Below, piece by piece: positions 43,866 through 57,839 of a stretch of 64,000 nucleotides of DNA. This DNA comes from the human T2T-CHM13v2.0 reference genome, Homo sapiens: NCBI RefSeq assembly GCF_009914755.1, contig NC_060932.1; one strand, 5' to 3'. The notes beneath the pieces were generated by a model. It was not told where the DNA came from and searched no databases. It was given only the letters and a program-made list of their open reading frames with translations. A program made the translations under genes and the position numbers. Position 1 is the first letter of the stretch, and each line of letters begins with the position of its first letter.

Positions 43866-45864
43866 CGTTAAGAAGTGGGTAAAGGACATTAATGGACACT
43901 TCTCAAAAGAAGACACTCGTGCAGCCAACAAACAAATGAAAAAAAAAAAAAAACTCAACAAAACTGACAGAGAAATGCAAATCAAAACCACAATGAGATA
44001 CCATCTCACACCAGGCGGAATGGCAATTATTAAAGAGTCAAGAAACAACAGATGCTGGCAAGGTTGTGGAGAAAAAGCAGCACTTTTACACTGTTAGTGG
44101 GAGTGTAAATTAGTTCAACCATTGTGGAAGACAGTGTGGCAATTCCTCAAAGTTCTAGGAGCAGAAATACCATTTGACCTAGCAATCCCATTACTGGGTA
44201 TATACCCAAAGGAATATAAATAATTCCCTTATAAAGATATTTGCATGAATATGTTCATGGCAGCACTATTCACAACAGAAAAGACATGGAATCAACCGAG
44301 ATGCTCATCAATGACAGACTGGATAAAGAAGATGTGGTACATATACACCATGGCGTACTATGCAGCCATAAAAAGGAATGAGATCATGTCCTTTACAGGG
44401 ACATATATGGAGCTAGAAGCTGTTTTCCTCAGCAAATGAACACAGGAGCATAAAACCAAACAACACATGTTCTCACTTATAAATGGGAGCTGAATTATGA
44501 GAACACTTGGACATATGGGTGGGGAACAACACCCACTGGGGCCTGTCATTGGGGCAGGGGATGGGAGAGCATCAGGAAGAATAGCTAATGGATCCTGGGT
44601 TTAATACCTAGGTGATGGGTTGATCTGTGCAGCAAATCACCATGGTACACATTTACCCATGTAACAAACCTGCACGTCCTGCACAGGTACCCTGGAAATT
44701 AAAATAAGTTTGATAAAAAAATAAAATATTAAAAGAAGGCAAAGGACTTGAACAGACACACTTCAAAAGAAGATGTATATGCAGACCAGAAGGATATGAA
44801 AAACCACTCAACATCACTAATCATTAGAGAAATACAAATCAAAACTATAATTAGATAACATCTCACATCAGTAAAAATAGCTATTATTAAAAAGTAGAAA
44901 AATAACAGATGCTGGCAAGGCCATGGAGAAAGGGGAACACTTGCACACCACTGGTGGGAAAGAAAATTAGTTCTGCCACTGTGGAAAGCAGTTTGGAAAT
45001 TTTTCAAAGAACTTAAAACAGAATAACCATTTGACCCAGCAATCCCATTGTTGGGTATATATTCAAGGAAAAAAACATATTCCACCATAAAGACACAGGC
45101 ATGGGTATGTTCATTGCAGCACTATTCACAATAGCAAAAACATGTAACCAACCTGGATGTCCATCAATAATATACTGGATAAAGGAAATGTGGTACGTAT
45201 ACATCATAGAATACTACACAGCCATAAAAAAAACAAGATCCATGTCATGACATGGATGGTGCGAGAAGCCCTTATCCTAAGTGAATTAACACAGAAACCA
45301 AAAAAAAAAGAAAATAAATAAGGCATGTTCTCACTTATAAGTGGGAGCTAAACATTGAGTACACATGGACACAGAGAAGGGAATAGTAGATACTGAGGCC
45401 TACTTGAGGTAGAGTGTAGGAGGAGGGTGAGGATCCAAAAACTGCTTACGGTACTAGGGTACTATGCTTATTACCTAGGTGACAAAACAATATGTACAGC
45501 AAACTCACATATGTGCAATTTATCCATAGATCAAACCTGCACATGTACTTGTGAAACAAAAATAAATGAAGTGGGTGAGGATTCAAAATTTAATGATAAA
45601 GAGGTGAAGCTGGGAGGAGGAAAAGCCAATAAGTAAAAATATATTAAAACAAAATAACACCAGAAAAAATTAATGAAAAAGGTGATTAAGGCAGAGGCAG
45701 AACAAATAATGACTATAAGTAAAAGAAAAACCTGTTCCTCATTTAGTCCCAAGTGTGTTTCAAATAAATTGCTATTGTTCCTCCTTCTTATTATAAAATG
45801 CAGAAGCAAGGAAATGGCTGTCTTAATGTTTATGTCTTCCATTGCTCTTAAAATAAGAACCAGA

Positions 45865-46541
45865 ACAAGTTACAAGGCCAGCATGACTCTGCATCAACTG
45901 AACTTTACCTAGCTTCATCTCTGTAGCCTCAACCTCATCCCAGTTCCCTTGTTTCTGTGCTCTGACAATGACGGTTTAGTTTTATCTCCTAAAGTATACC
46001 ATATATCCTTTTTGACTTAGGAACTTTGAACATATTACCTCTGCCTGGCATTCTTCTGTTCCTCACTTCACATATTCCAGTTAACTCCAAATTGTTCTTA
46101 AACTTCAGCTTAATATTTTTTTCTGAATGTAATATTTTGACCTATAAGTAGTCACATCATTCTGTTAACCATTCTCACAGCAAATTGTAACTTTCGCTCA
46201 TAATATTCAATTGCAATTTGACACTTAATTGTATGATTCTCAAAGATTCTAAGAATCTAAGCTTCTCTAAGATTGACCATGTATACATATGCTATAACAT
46301 ACATATATACATTTTCTAAGGGATATATATATATTCTAAGATATATATATTATATCTTTCTGTGTGTGTCTATTATCTATCTCTTCCTGTATATTCATCT
46401 TTACACAATAGTATGACAATAGTGTACATAGTATGACAATAGTATGCAATAACAGGAACCATTCTGCTTTTTCCTTACCATTATTTTCTTAATATATGGC
46501 CCAGTGAGTGTCCAGTTCTCAAATTTGTGTTGAATAAATGT
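45865..46541 (+). mobile_element. L2 3' end with internal TA-rich expansion
   Basis: CTTTGAACAT..CCTCTGCCTGGCA, ending TCTCAAATTTGTGTTGAATAAATG. Confidence 0.65.
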
Positions 46542-46859
46542 CTTTTCCACCAATACTTGTCAGATTTATTAAAAAAAAGAACAAAAAACTAGCAAGAGAT
46601 CTACAACTTGAAGCTTATGTTTCGATTTCCTTCCAAAAATGCCATCATTCTCTATTAAATGTGTACATAAATTTTAATTTACTTTTGTTATGATATTGGT
46701 ATAATAATGCAAACTGATCCTATATAGACAGGGTTTGGCTCTGGGTAACAAGAAACACTTTAGCTATTTTAAGCACAAACAAATTTGGTTCTGGGAATCT
46801 GGTGTTTACAAATTGTTGGTAGGATTGGAGCAGCAGGTCTCAGAGTCAAATTTCATATC

Positions 46860-47268
46860 TGTTAAATTAAATAAGCAGGAGGCCATTAGCCTGAGGCTGG
46901 CTCTGTACTTTGAGTTTCCACATAACAGACAGCTACCTAACTTAGTATGTAAACAAACCAAAACTGAACTAGGAGTATATGTTTCATAACAAATGGCTGC
47001 ATTTCAATCACAAAGAGCCAAGCTTCAGCCAATCACCAGAAGCCAACTGATCAGACCATGCCCAAATAAGGCAGATGCCTCAGTGTAGCCAGTCAGGTGC
47101 TTCCTCTACTTTGCTTCCATTTTCAACCTTTAAAGCTTGTTACTCTTGCTGCTGAGTGGAGCTCTCTGAACATTTTCTTGTTTTGAGCACTGCTGGAATC
47201 ATAAGTCATTGTTCTTGGATCAGATAAACTCTGTTCAATTTAATTTGTCTAAAGTTTTCCTTTTAACA
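46860..47268 (+). mobile_element. Solo LTR, MER57-family ERV1
   Basis: TGTTAAATTAAATAAGCAGGAGGCCATTAGCCTGAGG...GCCCAAATAAGGCAGATGCC...AATTTGTCTAAAGTTTTCCTTTTAACA; flanks TATC / GATC. Confidence 0.82.
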
Positions 47269-48149
47269 GATCTTATCTCAGAAGAGGCTCAGGTAGAAAA
47301 CAGCTGTGTTTGCCACAGCCAGGAAGTTACTAATCCATACGCTTGTTCCAAAGTTACACCAACTTAACCAGGCCCTGAAGATCAGATGTCCCCCCACTTC
47401 CTTGGCTCACAGGCACTCTGCACCTGCAAAATATGTTAGATCTGCCACCTCTTTTCCCACTGAAATGAGTTCCTCATTCAGATTTCTCACAAGGCTCTGA
47501 GAAATGTAGATGCAGCAGAAAGTTTTCCAACCTCTGCTCTACAGGCAAGGCACCTGGGAAGCAGAATGTAGTAGACACTGTGTGATCTGAGTATACCTTG
47601 TTTTGATTTGAGTTTGCTTGAACAGCAAAAAAACAATTGCCAATTGTACAACTTTTTTAAAAGATAAAGATAGTTTTACAAACAGGCTAATTATTTTTTT
47701 ACATATTCCAAGAAGGAATATTTGTGCTATCTTTTAATTAATGCAGACAGATACTTGTATTTTCCACTTTGCCTCTTCAATCACAAACTCACACTTATCA
47801 TTTTCCTCTGTTATCCCCACACATACACCTAATTTTAGTTATGTGATTAAGAGAAAAGTATGCTGTCCTTAATTACAGAGATTTAAAACCTCTTTTATTT
47901 TGTAAATATAAAAACAGAAGTTACTTTCTTTTCTCCTTCTCCCTTATTTTTTCATTGTTTCATTTTTCCTTTCTTTCTCCAGCAAACATTAATTTCTATG
48001 AGTGGAGACCTTTGCTAGGGAATGGAAATATAAAAAGGAAAAAGACCTACATCATTATATTTTTCTACAATTTAGTTTAATTTAGAGGAAAGATTTTAAA
48101 AGTATGCAAAAATGAGATTGGTGTTACATATAAGGAAAGTGCAAAACAA

Positions 48150-48560
48150 ATATCTGTCAGATTTCAATCAGCAAAACAACATTCGTTCCAACTAATTCAA
48201 AAGAGGAGATTTTATATGGGGAATTGGTCACAAACGTAGTAGGAAAGTATAGGAAAGGCAGAAATGGAACTGTGAATAAGCCTAAGATGAGCCACAGCAG
48301 GAAACTGCTATTACTCTTCATATTGGAGAGACTGACTAATAGAGCAAGGGGAATTATAGGATCCCATTGGAAGGGCCGCCTGGTGGGAATTGTATTCTTG
48401 CACAAGACATGTTCACTGGCAAAAATATTTGTCAGGACAGAGAGAAAGAGGAAGAGTAAACCCTTCTTCCCATCCTCCAAATTTCCTCTAAAGCCCCTAC
48501 CGACCAAACCCAACTGGTAGACTTTTGAAAAAGAAATATGGAAAACATAACTTCAATATT
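48150..48560. mobile_element. Possible ancient LTR relic (family unresolved)
   Basis: CAATCAG..AAC, ATGGGGAATTGGTCACA and CCGACCAAACCCAACTGG motifs resemble old mammalian LTRs. Confidence 0.35.
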
Positions 48561-50321
48561 GAGGCCATGAAATATGCAATTGAACATGAGAAGGACAGGG
48601 AGTAGCTCTGAGAAGAAAGATACACATACACAAAATACTACGAGAGCCTCTGACTGGTCTAGGGGTATTTAGGAAAGAGTTGGGGAAAAATGTGTTAGGC
48701 AGAGAGAACAGTATATCTAAATGCTTTAGAGTGGAGAAAAGTTTCTCATCTCTCTACTTTTAAATCTCATTTCAGATAAAATACACAGTAAATTGAAAAT
48801 AATGTGAAACCAGTTAACTTTCTTGTAATGCATACTTGTATCCACTTTCTTAATCATAGTAACACTGAGATTATTTTCTTATCAGACTCTAATCAAAGAA
48901 AAGAGGAACAAAGTGAGAGAGAAGAAAAAGCCTGCAAACCTCTTCTCAAGTTTACTTAAGATATATATTAACCTATATGTGCGTATAGAACATACTTTTT
49001 AAAGATATTTTTGTGTTAATAAATCTTTACGAATGCATGATAGTCATTTTTAAATAGTCTCTAATGTTGTCTTTATGAAATCTAGTTATTCTCAATTTTT
49101 GTTAATACATTTCAACGATTTCCCTCAGGAAATCGAGGCTAATTAAAATGCAATAACCTATTCTATCGATTTCGTTCTTACTACAGTTCGTTTTTACATG
49201 CCCTCACAAACATAGGTAGTGAAAAATATGGGGAAGTGGCTTTCATAGTAAATAGCAAATATCATAAGAATAGACAATTTAGAACATCAATCGTTCTCTA
49301 TTAAAGAAATCACAAATCCCAGCTCCCAGATACAGTGGTAGTTAATTACATGGTTTTAGCACAATTTCTCAAAGTCTTTTCAGCTATCATACATGCATTA
49401 TGGGACTTTAGGTACATAATATGAAACTATTAATAGGAATAATAAGTATACATTAATATATGGTTAGAAGATGGGACCACTTTTCTCATTTCAACATGAG
49501 CTTTTATTGCATATGATTGGTACAAAATTATTTATAAATTACTTTCTCTTTTACTAGCTTTAATGTCAAAGTTTGGGTGACCTACTCAAAACTTGAACAA
49601 AGGACTCAGTACAGTCCACAGCACTTGACTGTGTTGGCGAAAATTGTTCTTTTCATGAACAATATTCATGTTTGATGCTCAAAGCTCAAGGCAATCAGCA
49701 CATCTCTCAAGAACTCTATCAAAGTCACTCAATTGTTCTTTCTCTAAAGAGAAAACTGTAAAAAGTCACTTAGCTTCTCTCCCACCAGTAAAAGGGAGGG
49801 TTTATCTAGATGTCACTTTTATCAGCTTTAAACGATATCAGAATATGGGTGAATTGAACATTGTTCCCAACAACACTGAAGAAGTATTTCTTCTTAGGAA
49901 TTTTATCATGACTGGAAAAAAATGACAATAAACATAAATCCTGCATGCCAAATTGAGCCCACTTACTACAAAAAAAAGAATATATAACCTTTAGATTAGG
50001 AGAAAACCATTTAATATTTGTGCCCAGTGATGGTTAGGATATATAAAAACAAACTGGTACTTTAGGTTACAGTATATAAAAACTGGTACTTGTTATTTTA
50101 AACTAGAAGAAACTGGTTTCTTCTAGTTTAAAGTAGTTTCTTCTAGTTAAACTTCCTTCTAATTTAAAATTGCAAACAAGCAAACAAAGCAAAAAAAAAA
50201 AAAACGTGTAGGGAAATGTAAACACAAGGAAAATATTTATCCTGGAGATGCATCCTAGGAAAATTGAAAAAACTGAAAACAAAATTTATGAATAATAATT
50301 GAAGTGAGGGGAGCTATTTTC

Positions 50322-50630
<309 letters not shown>

Positions 50631-50664
50631 GAGGGGAGCTACTTTCATAGTGTTTTGGGTTATG

Positions 50665-51680
50665 TTGTTGCTTTTACTTCTATATTGAAGTATAAAAACA
50701 TACATGAAAATGCACAGATCTTAAGTATACAGCTTGATAACTTCTCGCATATATGCATACTCATGTAGCTACCAGTCATTAAGATTAAAAAAAAAATTCC
50801 AGCAAGCCAAAGTCCCCCTCATTCACTTTACCAGTCAGTAACCCATCCTCAGAATTAGCCATTGTTCTTATTATCATCACCAAAGATCAGTTTTCTTTGT
50901 TCTCTAACTTCTTATAAATGTACAGTTTATATATTAATTATTTCAGTCAATATTACATCTGTAGGTTTCATTCATATTTTGTTTGAATACAGCAGGTTTG
51001 TTCTTTTCAATTGTATTAAGTATACTGTTTGCTGAATATCCAATTTATTTATACACTTACACATTTATTGATACATTTACAGTTTATGAAAATGTGTACC
51101 TTCAGTTGAGGCATGCAGTTATTTTTAACAGATTATAAAATTTAAAATCTAAATTGCTAAGTTAAATGTACCTCATAACTACAACTGTATGAAAATTATG
51201 TGCTCTAATAAAAATAAACCAGAAGATTACATATAAAAATGAAATCAATTAATGTGTTTGTATGATTGGGAAACATATAGTAAGTCATTCAATAATTATG
51301 TCCATTTTTAAGATGTAATCAACTTTGTTGAGGTAAAATTTATATATAATAAAATTTATCCATTTACAGTATGTAGATCAAAAGGTGCAGCAAATGTTCA
51401 ACAATCAAAGTTTAAAACATTTCAATCAACTCAAATTTCTCCATTTCCCTTTCAATAAATCTCATTCTCACTTTTTGATCAATACAAACTCTGATCTGCA
51501 TCACTATTGTTCAGTTTGCTGATTGTAAAATGTTATATAAATGTCTAATGTATTTCATTCAGTATGTTTTTGAGGCTCATGCATGTTGTTGCATATATTA
51601 ATGATGGGCTCCTCCATTCTGTTACTGCCTAGTAGTCCATTTCACTGAATCAATAACAATTTATTCATTGTCAGTGTATA
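50665..51680 (-). mobile_element. L1ME-type 3' fragments
   Basis: ATTGAAGTATAA..CATACATGAAAATGCACAGATCTTAAGTATACAGCTTGAT; TTTGTTGAGGTAAAATTTA; TTCAGTATGTTTTTGAGGCTCATGCATGTTGTTGCAT. Confidence 0.7.
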
Positions 51681-51699
51681 AAGTATTCTTTGATATATG

Positions 51700-52190
51700 G
51701 CTTTAGTGTATACATTGTAATTAATCTTTCAGAAGCTTACACTTGTCTAGATTTGGTGATATATTACAAATAATATCTACCATCATATTAAAAGACTTAA
51801 AATACTACCTATTCTACCCACTAAATAGCTGTGTGGGGTTTGATGTTTTTCACATAATTCAATCAAAATATATTTCAATAGCTTGAAGACAGAACAGATA
51901 TGGTTCTCCTGTTAAGCTAGACATTAAAGGGTTTTTCAAAAATGTAAATCAATGCTACTCTTTTCACTATATTTTGTTTGAAAAATTATAGTTATTTTAA
52001 AAAACAAATTTTATTTAACATATGGATTAATTTGATTTTTAAATAGATTAATAAATATAACTTTTAATTTACCAGCTTTAATTTTCCATATGGTATCACT
52101 ACATAAACAGCAGAAAATAATCTGTTTAGGATTTCCATAAGTATTTAAAAGTGCAAAGGAGTCCTGAGACTAAAATATTTGAGAACCTTA
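51700..52190 (+). mobile_element. Charlie1-type hAT DNA transposon 3' fragment
   Basis: TTAAGCTAGACATTAAAGGG...AAAAATGTAAATCAATGCTACTCTTTTCACTA...GTCCTGAGACTAAAATATTTGAGAACC. Confidence 0.75.
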
Positions 52191-52278
52191 TATTGATGTA
52201 CTTTATAGTAATTCTTGAAAACAGATAATGTAAATTCTTTAATGTTTCCCTTTTAAAGATTGTCTTGCTCTCATTATA

Positions 52279-52490
52279 GGTTGTTTGTTTTTTCTTGTAC
52301 ATTTGTTTAAGTTCCTAGTTGATTCTGGATATCAGACCTTGTCAAATGCGTAGATTACAAAAAATTTATCCCATTCTGTAGGTTGCCTGTTCACTCTGAT
52401 GCTAGTTTCTTTTGCTGTGCGGAAGCTCTTTAGTTTAATTAGATCCCATTTGTCAATTTTGACTTTTGTTGAAATTGCTTTTGGTGTTTT
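52279..52490 (-). mobile_element. Isolated internal L1PA ORF2 fragment
   Basis: CCCATTCTGTAGGTTGCCTGTTCACTCTGATG..GAAGCTCTTTAGTTTAATTAGATCCCATTTGTCAATTTT; no 3'UTR, tail or TSD. Confidence 0.9.
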
Positions 52491-54470
52491 CTCTGGTATG
52501 ATCTCTTATTTCATTTGTGATACTGCTAATTTTATCTTATCTCTTACTTTTTTGATCAGCTAGTTAGACCTATATTAACTTATCTTCTTTAAAAAAACAA
52601 CTTTTTGTTTTACAAATTTTCATTATTTTGAATCCTTGTTTTATTTTGATTTCCACTCATTATATCTTTCTTTTAACTTACTTTGAATTTGATTTGCTCT
52701 CTTTTTCAAATTTCTTAAAATAAATGCTGAAGTCATTGTTTTGAGATGTTCTTTTTTTCTTATATGAGCATCTAGCACAACAATTTTCTTCCTACATTGT
52801 TTCAGCTGCATCCACAAATCTTGATAGATGGTATTTTCATACTCTTTCAGCAAAAAAAAAAAAAAATTCCAACTTAACTTGTGATTTAGTCCTTGCTATT
52901 TAAAATATATATAATTTTTAATTTCCCTTCAGACTTCCTCTTTTTTAAATGTATCATAAATCCCCGCATGTTCAGGGATTCTCCTGTATTTTGTTATTGG
53001 GTGATTATGTATATCATGAAATTGATTCATGTTGTTGTCCAGCTTTCTATATTCTTGCTGATTTTCTGTCTGTTAGCTCCACCAGTTGCTTAAAGGAAGT
53101 TGTTGGAATCATCAACTACAATTATAGATTTGCCAGTTTCTCCTTTCCTTTCTATTTACTTTCATTTTATGCATTTTGAGACTCTGATGTTCAATGTATA
53201 AACATTTAGAATCATTATGTCTTCAGGGTAGATTTTTTTTCATTATAAAACGTTATTTGTTGTCTTCAGCACTTTTCTCTGCTCTGAATTCTACTTTATC
53301 AGATGCTAACATAGCCCCTCCTGTGTTTTTTATTAATATTTGCTAGATATGTTTTTTCAACTTACCAAACTAATTGAATTTAAAGTGACTTTGTTGTAAA
53401 CAGCATATGATTGGGTCATGTGTTTTGTTTTATACTCTGTCAACATCTGTCTTTTGGTTGATGTATTAATGTAATTTATATGGAAAGTAATTATTGATAT
53501 GTTAGTGCTTTAAGCCTACCTTTTTTATTTTGAACTTTTCTCTGCTTCCTCAGGTTCTCATTTTTGTTTTTATTTTCTTACTTTCATACAAGTTACATGA
53601 GCATATTTTGAGGATTCCATCTTGATTTTTTTATTGTGTTTCTGAATGTGTACCTTTGTATACTCTTGTTTTTACAGTCATTGCTCCTGGTATTCTGATA
53701 TAAATGTGTGATTTATCAGTCCAGTTGTATTAAAATTTTACTACTTTGAGTCAAGTGTAGAAAGTTACTTCCATTTAGCTCTTTTCAACATTTTGCTTTT
53801 AAATACAATCACCATATTAGGTGGTATTGCAAGTTTTGTTTCTATTATCAAATATGACTTACAAAAGACGTTTGAAAAGGATTGTCTATTTCATGCTCTT
53901 ATATTACTGCTCTTTTCATCATTCCTTCTTTCTTTCTGACACTTCAATATTATTTCTTTTGTCATTTCCTTTTTCTTTAAAGAGCTTCCTTTAGCCCATA
54001 CGTAGATACGCTATTGACAAGGGTGTCTTTATTTCTCATGCATTCTTTAAGGATAGCTTCATCGAACAGAATTTGTAATTGATAATTCTTTTCTTTCAGT
54101 ATTAAAAAAGATATTGACATTTTCTTTTGCTCTCCATAGTTTCTGATAAGAAATTCACTGTCTTTTGAATTATTTTCTTGCTAATGGCAATATGACATTT
54201 CTTTCTGGATGTTTTGAAGATTTTTTTCTTTGTCTTTAGTATTCAGCAGTATAATAATATGTCTTGTCCTGAATTTCTTTGGGTTTATCTGCTGGTGGTT
54301 TTCTTAATTAGATGTATTCGTATCTTGTATCTTTCATTAAATTTGGAAAGGTTTTAGCCATTATTTTTTATATTATTAATTTCAACACCATCTTCTTTCT
54401 CCTCTCCTTGTAATACACCTATAATATGAATGTTGATCTTTTGGGTTTTTTTCCTACAGGTCCCTAAAAT
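52491..54470 (-). mobile_element. Old L1M (MC/MD/ME) ORF2 5' part and ORF1 relic
   Basis: ORF 52641-52853 (ENTIYQDLWMQLKQ..VLDAHIRK) and ORF 54354-54593 (NIHIIGVLQGEEKE) resemble L1 ORF2 and ORF1. Confidence 0.8.
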
Positions 54471-54477
54471 GCGATTA

Positions 54478-54722
54478 ATTTTTAAAATAAATTTTATTGT
54501 ATACATTTTAGGTATACAACATAATGTTATAAGACACATAGTATGTGTGTGTGTGTATATATATAAAATAATATGAATACTATGGTAAAACAAATTAACA
54601 TATCCATCATCTCACATAGTTATCAATTTTCCCCCCGTGGCAAGATAAGCTATAATCTACTCATTTAGCAAAATTCCTGAATATAATATACTAATTTATA
54701 ATCTTAATATTATACATTAGAT
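54478..54722 (-). mobile_element. L1MA (MA8/9-like) 3' end
   Basis: TTTTATTGTATACATTTTAGGTATACAACATAATG..CAAATTAACATATCCATCATCTCACATAGTTA. Confidence 0.8.
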
Positions 54723-56563
54723 GAATCTATCTAAACAAAGGTATTTATTTTCCTAAGTCCAAGTTACTCCCTCTGAAATAAGGAGATAATAATTATGTCT
54801 ATTTTTAAAGTTTATTTTATAATCAAAATAATATAACCCAATTTAAAATACAATGTCTGGCACAAAGTAAGTATTAAATGCACATTAGTTGATTACTATT
54901 ACTGTTACTATTTACTTCCATACATCACGCTGTTTTAAGTTTCCTGAGTGTGGTGATATGTGCAGTGAGGACTTTAAACATTTCAAATTCTCAAAAAGGT
55001 GGGCAACAGTAATGACCTTACCATTTCTAAAGGTTGTTATCACTGGGAAATGAAGGCAATATTGCCGTTGGTGTTTTTATGTCAACAAATAAACTTTATT
55101 CTTCTGAGGGTGACCAGGACATATAATCCAGTGTCTCAGGTTGGTGTAGGTTTTCAGTGACTTTTTAGAAAAGCAAAGGTCTACCTTTTATTAGGAAAAT
55201 TGATCTTGGATCTTAAAGGTCAACAAAGTAAAGACTTGACTTTAGTTGCTAAGAATCCTGCAAAATAAGCTGCATGTAAGATACTGTATCTACTTTATGA
55301 GTTAACCCCATCTAGATTTGAACCTCTGATTTCTGAGAGCCTGTGCACTTTAAGTCCAAACACTTCCTTTCAACTATGAAGAACGACATTTTAAAATTAC
55401 AAAACACACTTTAAGGAATGGCTTTCTTAAATTAACTACATTCAACAAGAGAGGGTAAAAGTGACTGTGCTGCAAGGCAGGTGGTAGTGTAGAATTTACA
55501 GGTGCAGGCCCATGGTGCCATTCCCTTCAGCTAGAGAAGACATGAATGCGCCTGACATTCTGGCATCTAGCCAAGATCAAGAGCACTTTGCTGTCACATT
55601 CAACTTGTTCAGTTCATGCACATTTCTCTAATGCTTTACAAAAATAAAAATTTAATACAGAGAATTCAGTGAAAGATGGCAAAATAAATTCACATTTTCT
55701 TAGCTTTCCTGCCTAAAACCTACTGAAGTGAATAAAAATAGAGACAAAATCTACCTCTATGCTTAAGAACTGCCATAACCTCATAGAGTCAACTCAGAAG
55801 TGTATCAGTCAGCTACAAAAAATTTGGACCAAATTGAAAGACTCTGGATATTGGTAGACATATCTTCATTTGGAAAGAATGAATGGTATAGTAGTTAAGA
55901 AAGGGAGTTATAAAGCGGTCTACTAAGAACTCCTAGCTGGAGAGATGAGACTGTGGATTGAACCAGTTACAGGAGAAAAAAGGAAAACATCTTGTACAAT
56001 TAATTCTATGACAATAAAATAGCAAGTTGAAGGAAGATATATTTAATATATAAACTTCCTAGACAAGTAATATTATTTTTTCAGTGGATTTTCTCCCCTC
56101 AAGGAAAACCCTGGTATAAAAGAAACTGTACACTGTAACTTCTGACCAAAATAACATCAGCAAAGAGAAATGTTTACATATCTGTAGAGATCTGAACTTT
56201 CATTTGGGTGTTCAACTCTCTGCCAGTCACAGGAGTGAGAAAAGTGGTAGAAGCCCATTTGGTTACAGTATTCAATAAATGTAAAGAGAAATTGCTTGAT
56301 GATAAAATTCACTAACAGTCTCAGCTTCTTTTCTGTACTCCTCAATCAAATAAATGGCTAAACAATGTATACAACCCACCAATTATCATACTTAAAATTT
56401 AATTCCGTTAAGACTAAAGGACACTTCTGAGAGAGGGAGACAAAGAAGAGGAATTGGGAAACAGAAATAATAGTTTTTTAAAAAACAGCTCACATTACTA
56501 ACATCATCTTATACAGAGAGTGAGTTCTGTTTGGAATTCTATCACTTAAAAAAAAAAAAAAAA

Positions 56564-56862
<299 letters not shown>

Positions 56863-57839
56863 AAGATAAACCAGCATGATACCAATGCAAAAATTAATAC
56901 TGGTAGAGAAAATAATGGAAAGAAAGTAAAAGAAAATCATGTATATGACAAACACAGTCACAGTCACTGTAAAAGAAAATATATAATAGTTGACACAGTA
57001 AATTTTATTATAATTTCAAATTTTGAATATTAATTAATAATATAAAATAAAAAATATAGAATGACATAAAATCTGATCCATGTTAATTTAAAAATAATTT
57101 TAGGTGAAAAAGCAGTATCAAATTTCAACTTCTCTAAAATCAGCATGAAGTACCAATTACCTAATACAAAGTTGGAACAAGACATAGGCAATATTTTCAG
57201 AAAATTACACATAATTCAAAGTAAAGGCATAGAAAATTACATTTTAATATTTTTCAATTTATTTGTCATATAAATATTACGTGAGTATGATGGTGTTTGC
57301 TCCTCTTCCCCTCCTCTTTCTGTTTCAACATTTACAAAGAGTAAATTTCATTCTTGCTTTCTAGTTGTAGTGTCACAGGCGATGTTATGGCACCTGTTTG
57401 TAGCTCCTTAATTGTGCCACCGTAAGTTAAGTGTGGCTGATCTTGTTAGTGAACAGATTATGCACAATAATCTCTGTTTTATTAATGAGTTGGAGTACCT
57501 TTTCCAAAGACAGCCATCTTGCTAGTTTTTCTTTTGCTTCCTGGACACAACCTCAGCATGTTCCATGTTGCTCCCTGTTTTCCTTCTGTGTGTAGGAAGT
57601 GCATGCAAGGCACACCTGCTGTTCTCTTTACAGTAAAACCTTCTTTGTGTTAACTTGTTCTTTCCAATTTAAGAACGAGGGCTAGGAAGACTTAGGCCAG
57701 CTTCAATACTGTATTCACCACCAACTGTTTATCAGAAATCTTGCATTTTGATGGGTGGTTTCCCAAATTTATGCAGCAGTATTTTGGTTTTTACGCTAAT
57801 GATCCTTACATATACACTCTACTAGATAAGAAGAGAGGT

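Noticed and set aside
46240-46450. Short repeats (CAATAGTATGA units, TA-rich tract) as a CRISPR-like or regulatory array
   Set aside because: Irregular slippage products inside an L2 relic; no constant repeat-spacer period, and the DNA is eukaryotic.
57330-57720. Non-repetitive, slightly GC-richer stretch as a possible exon or enhancer
   Set aside because: No convincing splice-site/ORF pair or motif cluster; it cannot be supported without conservation or chromatin data.
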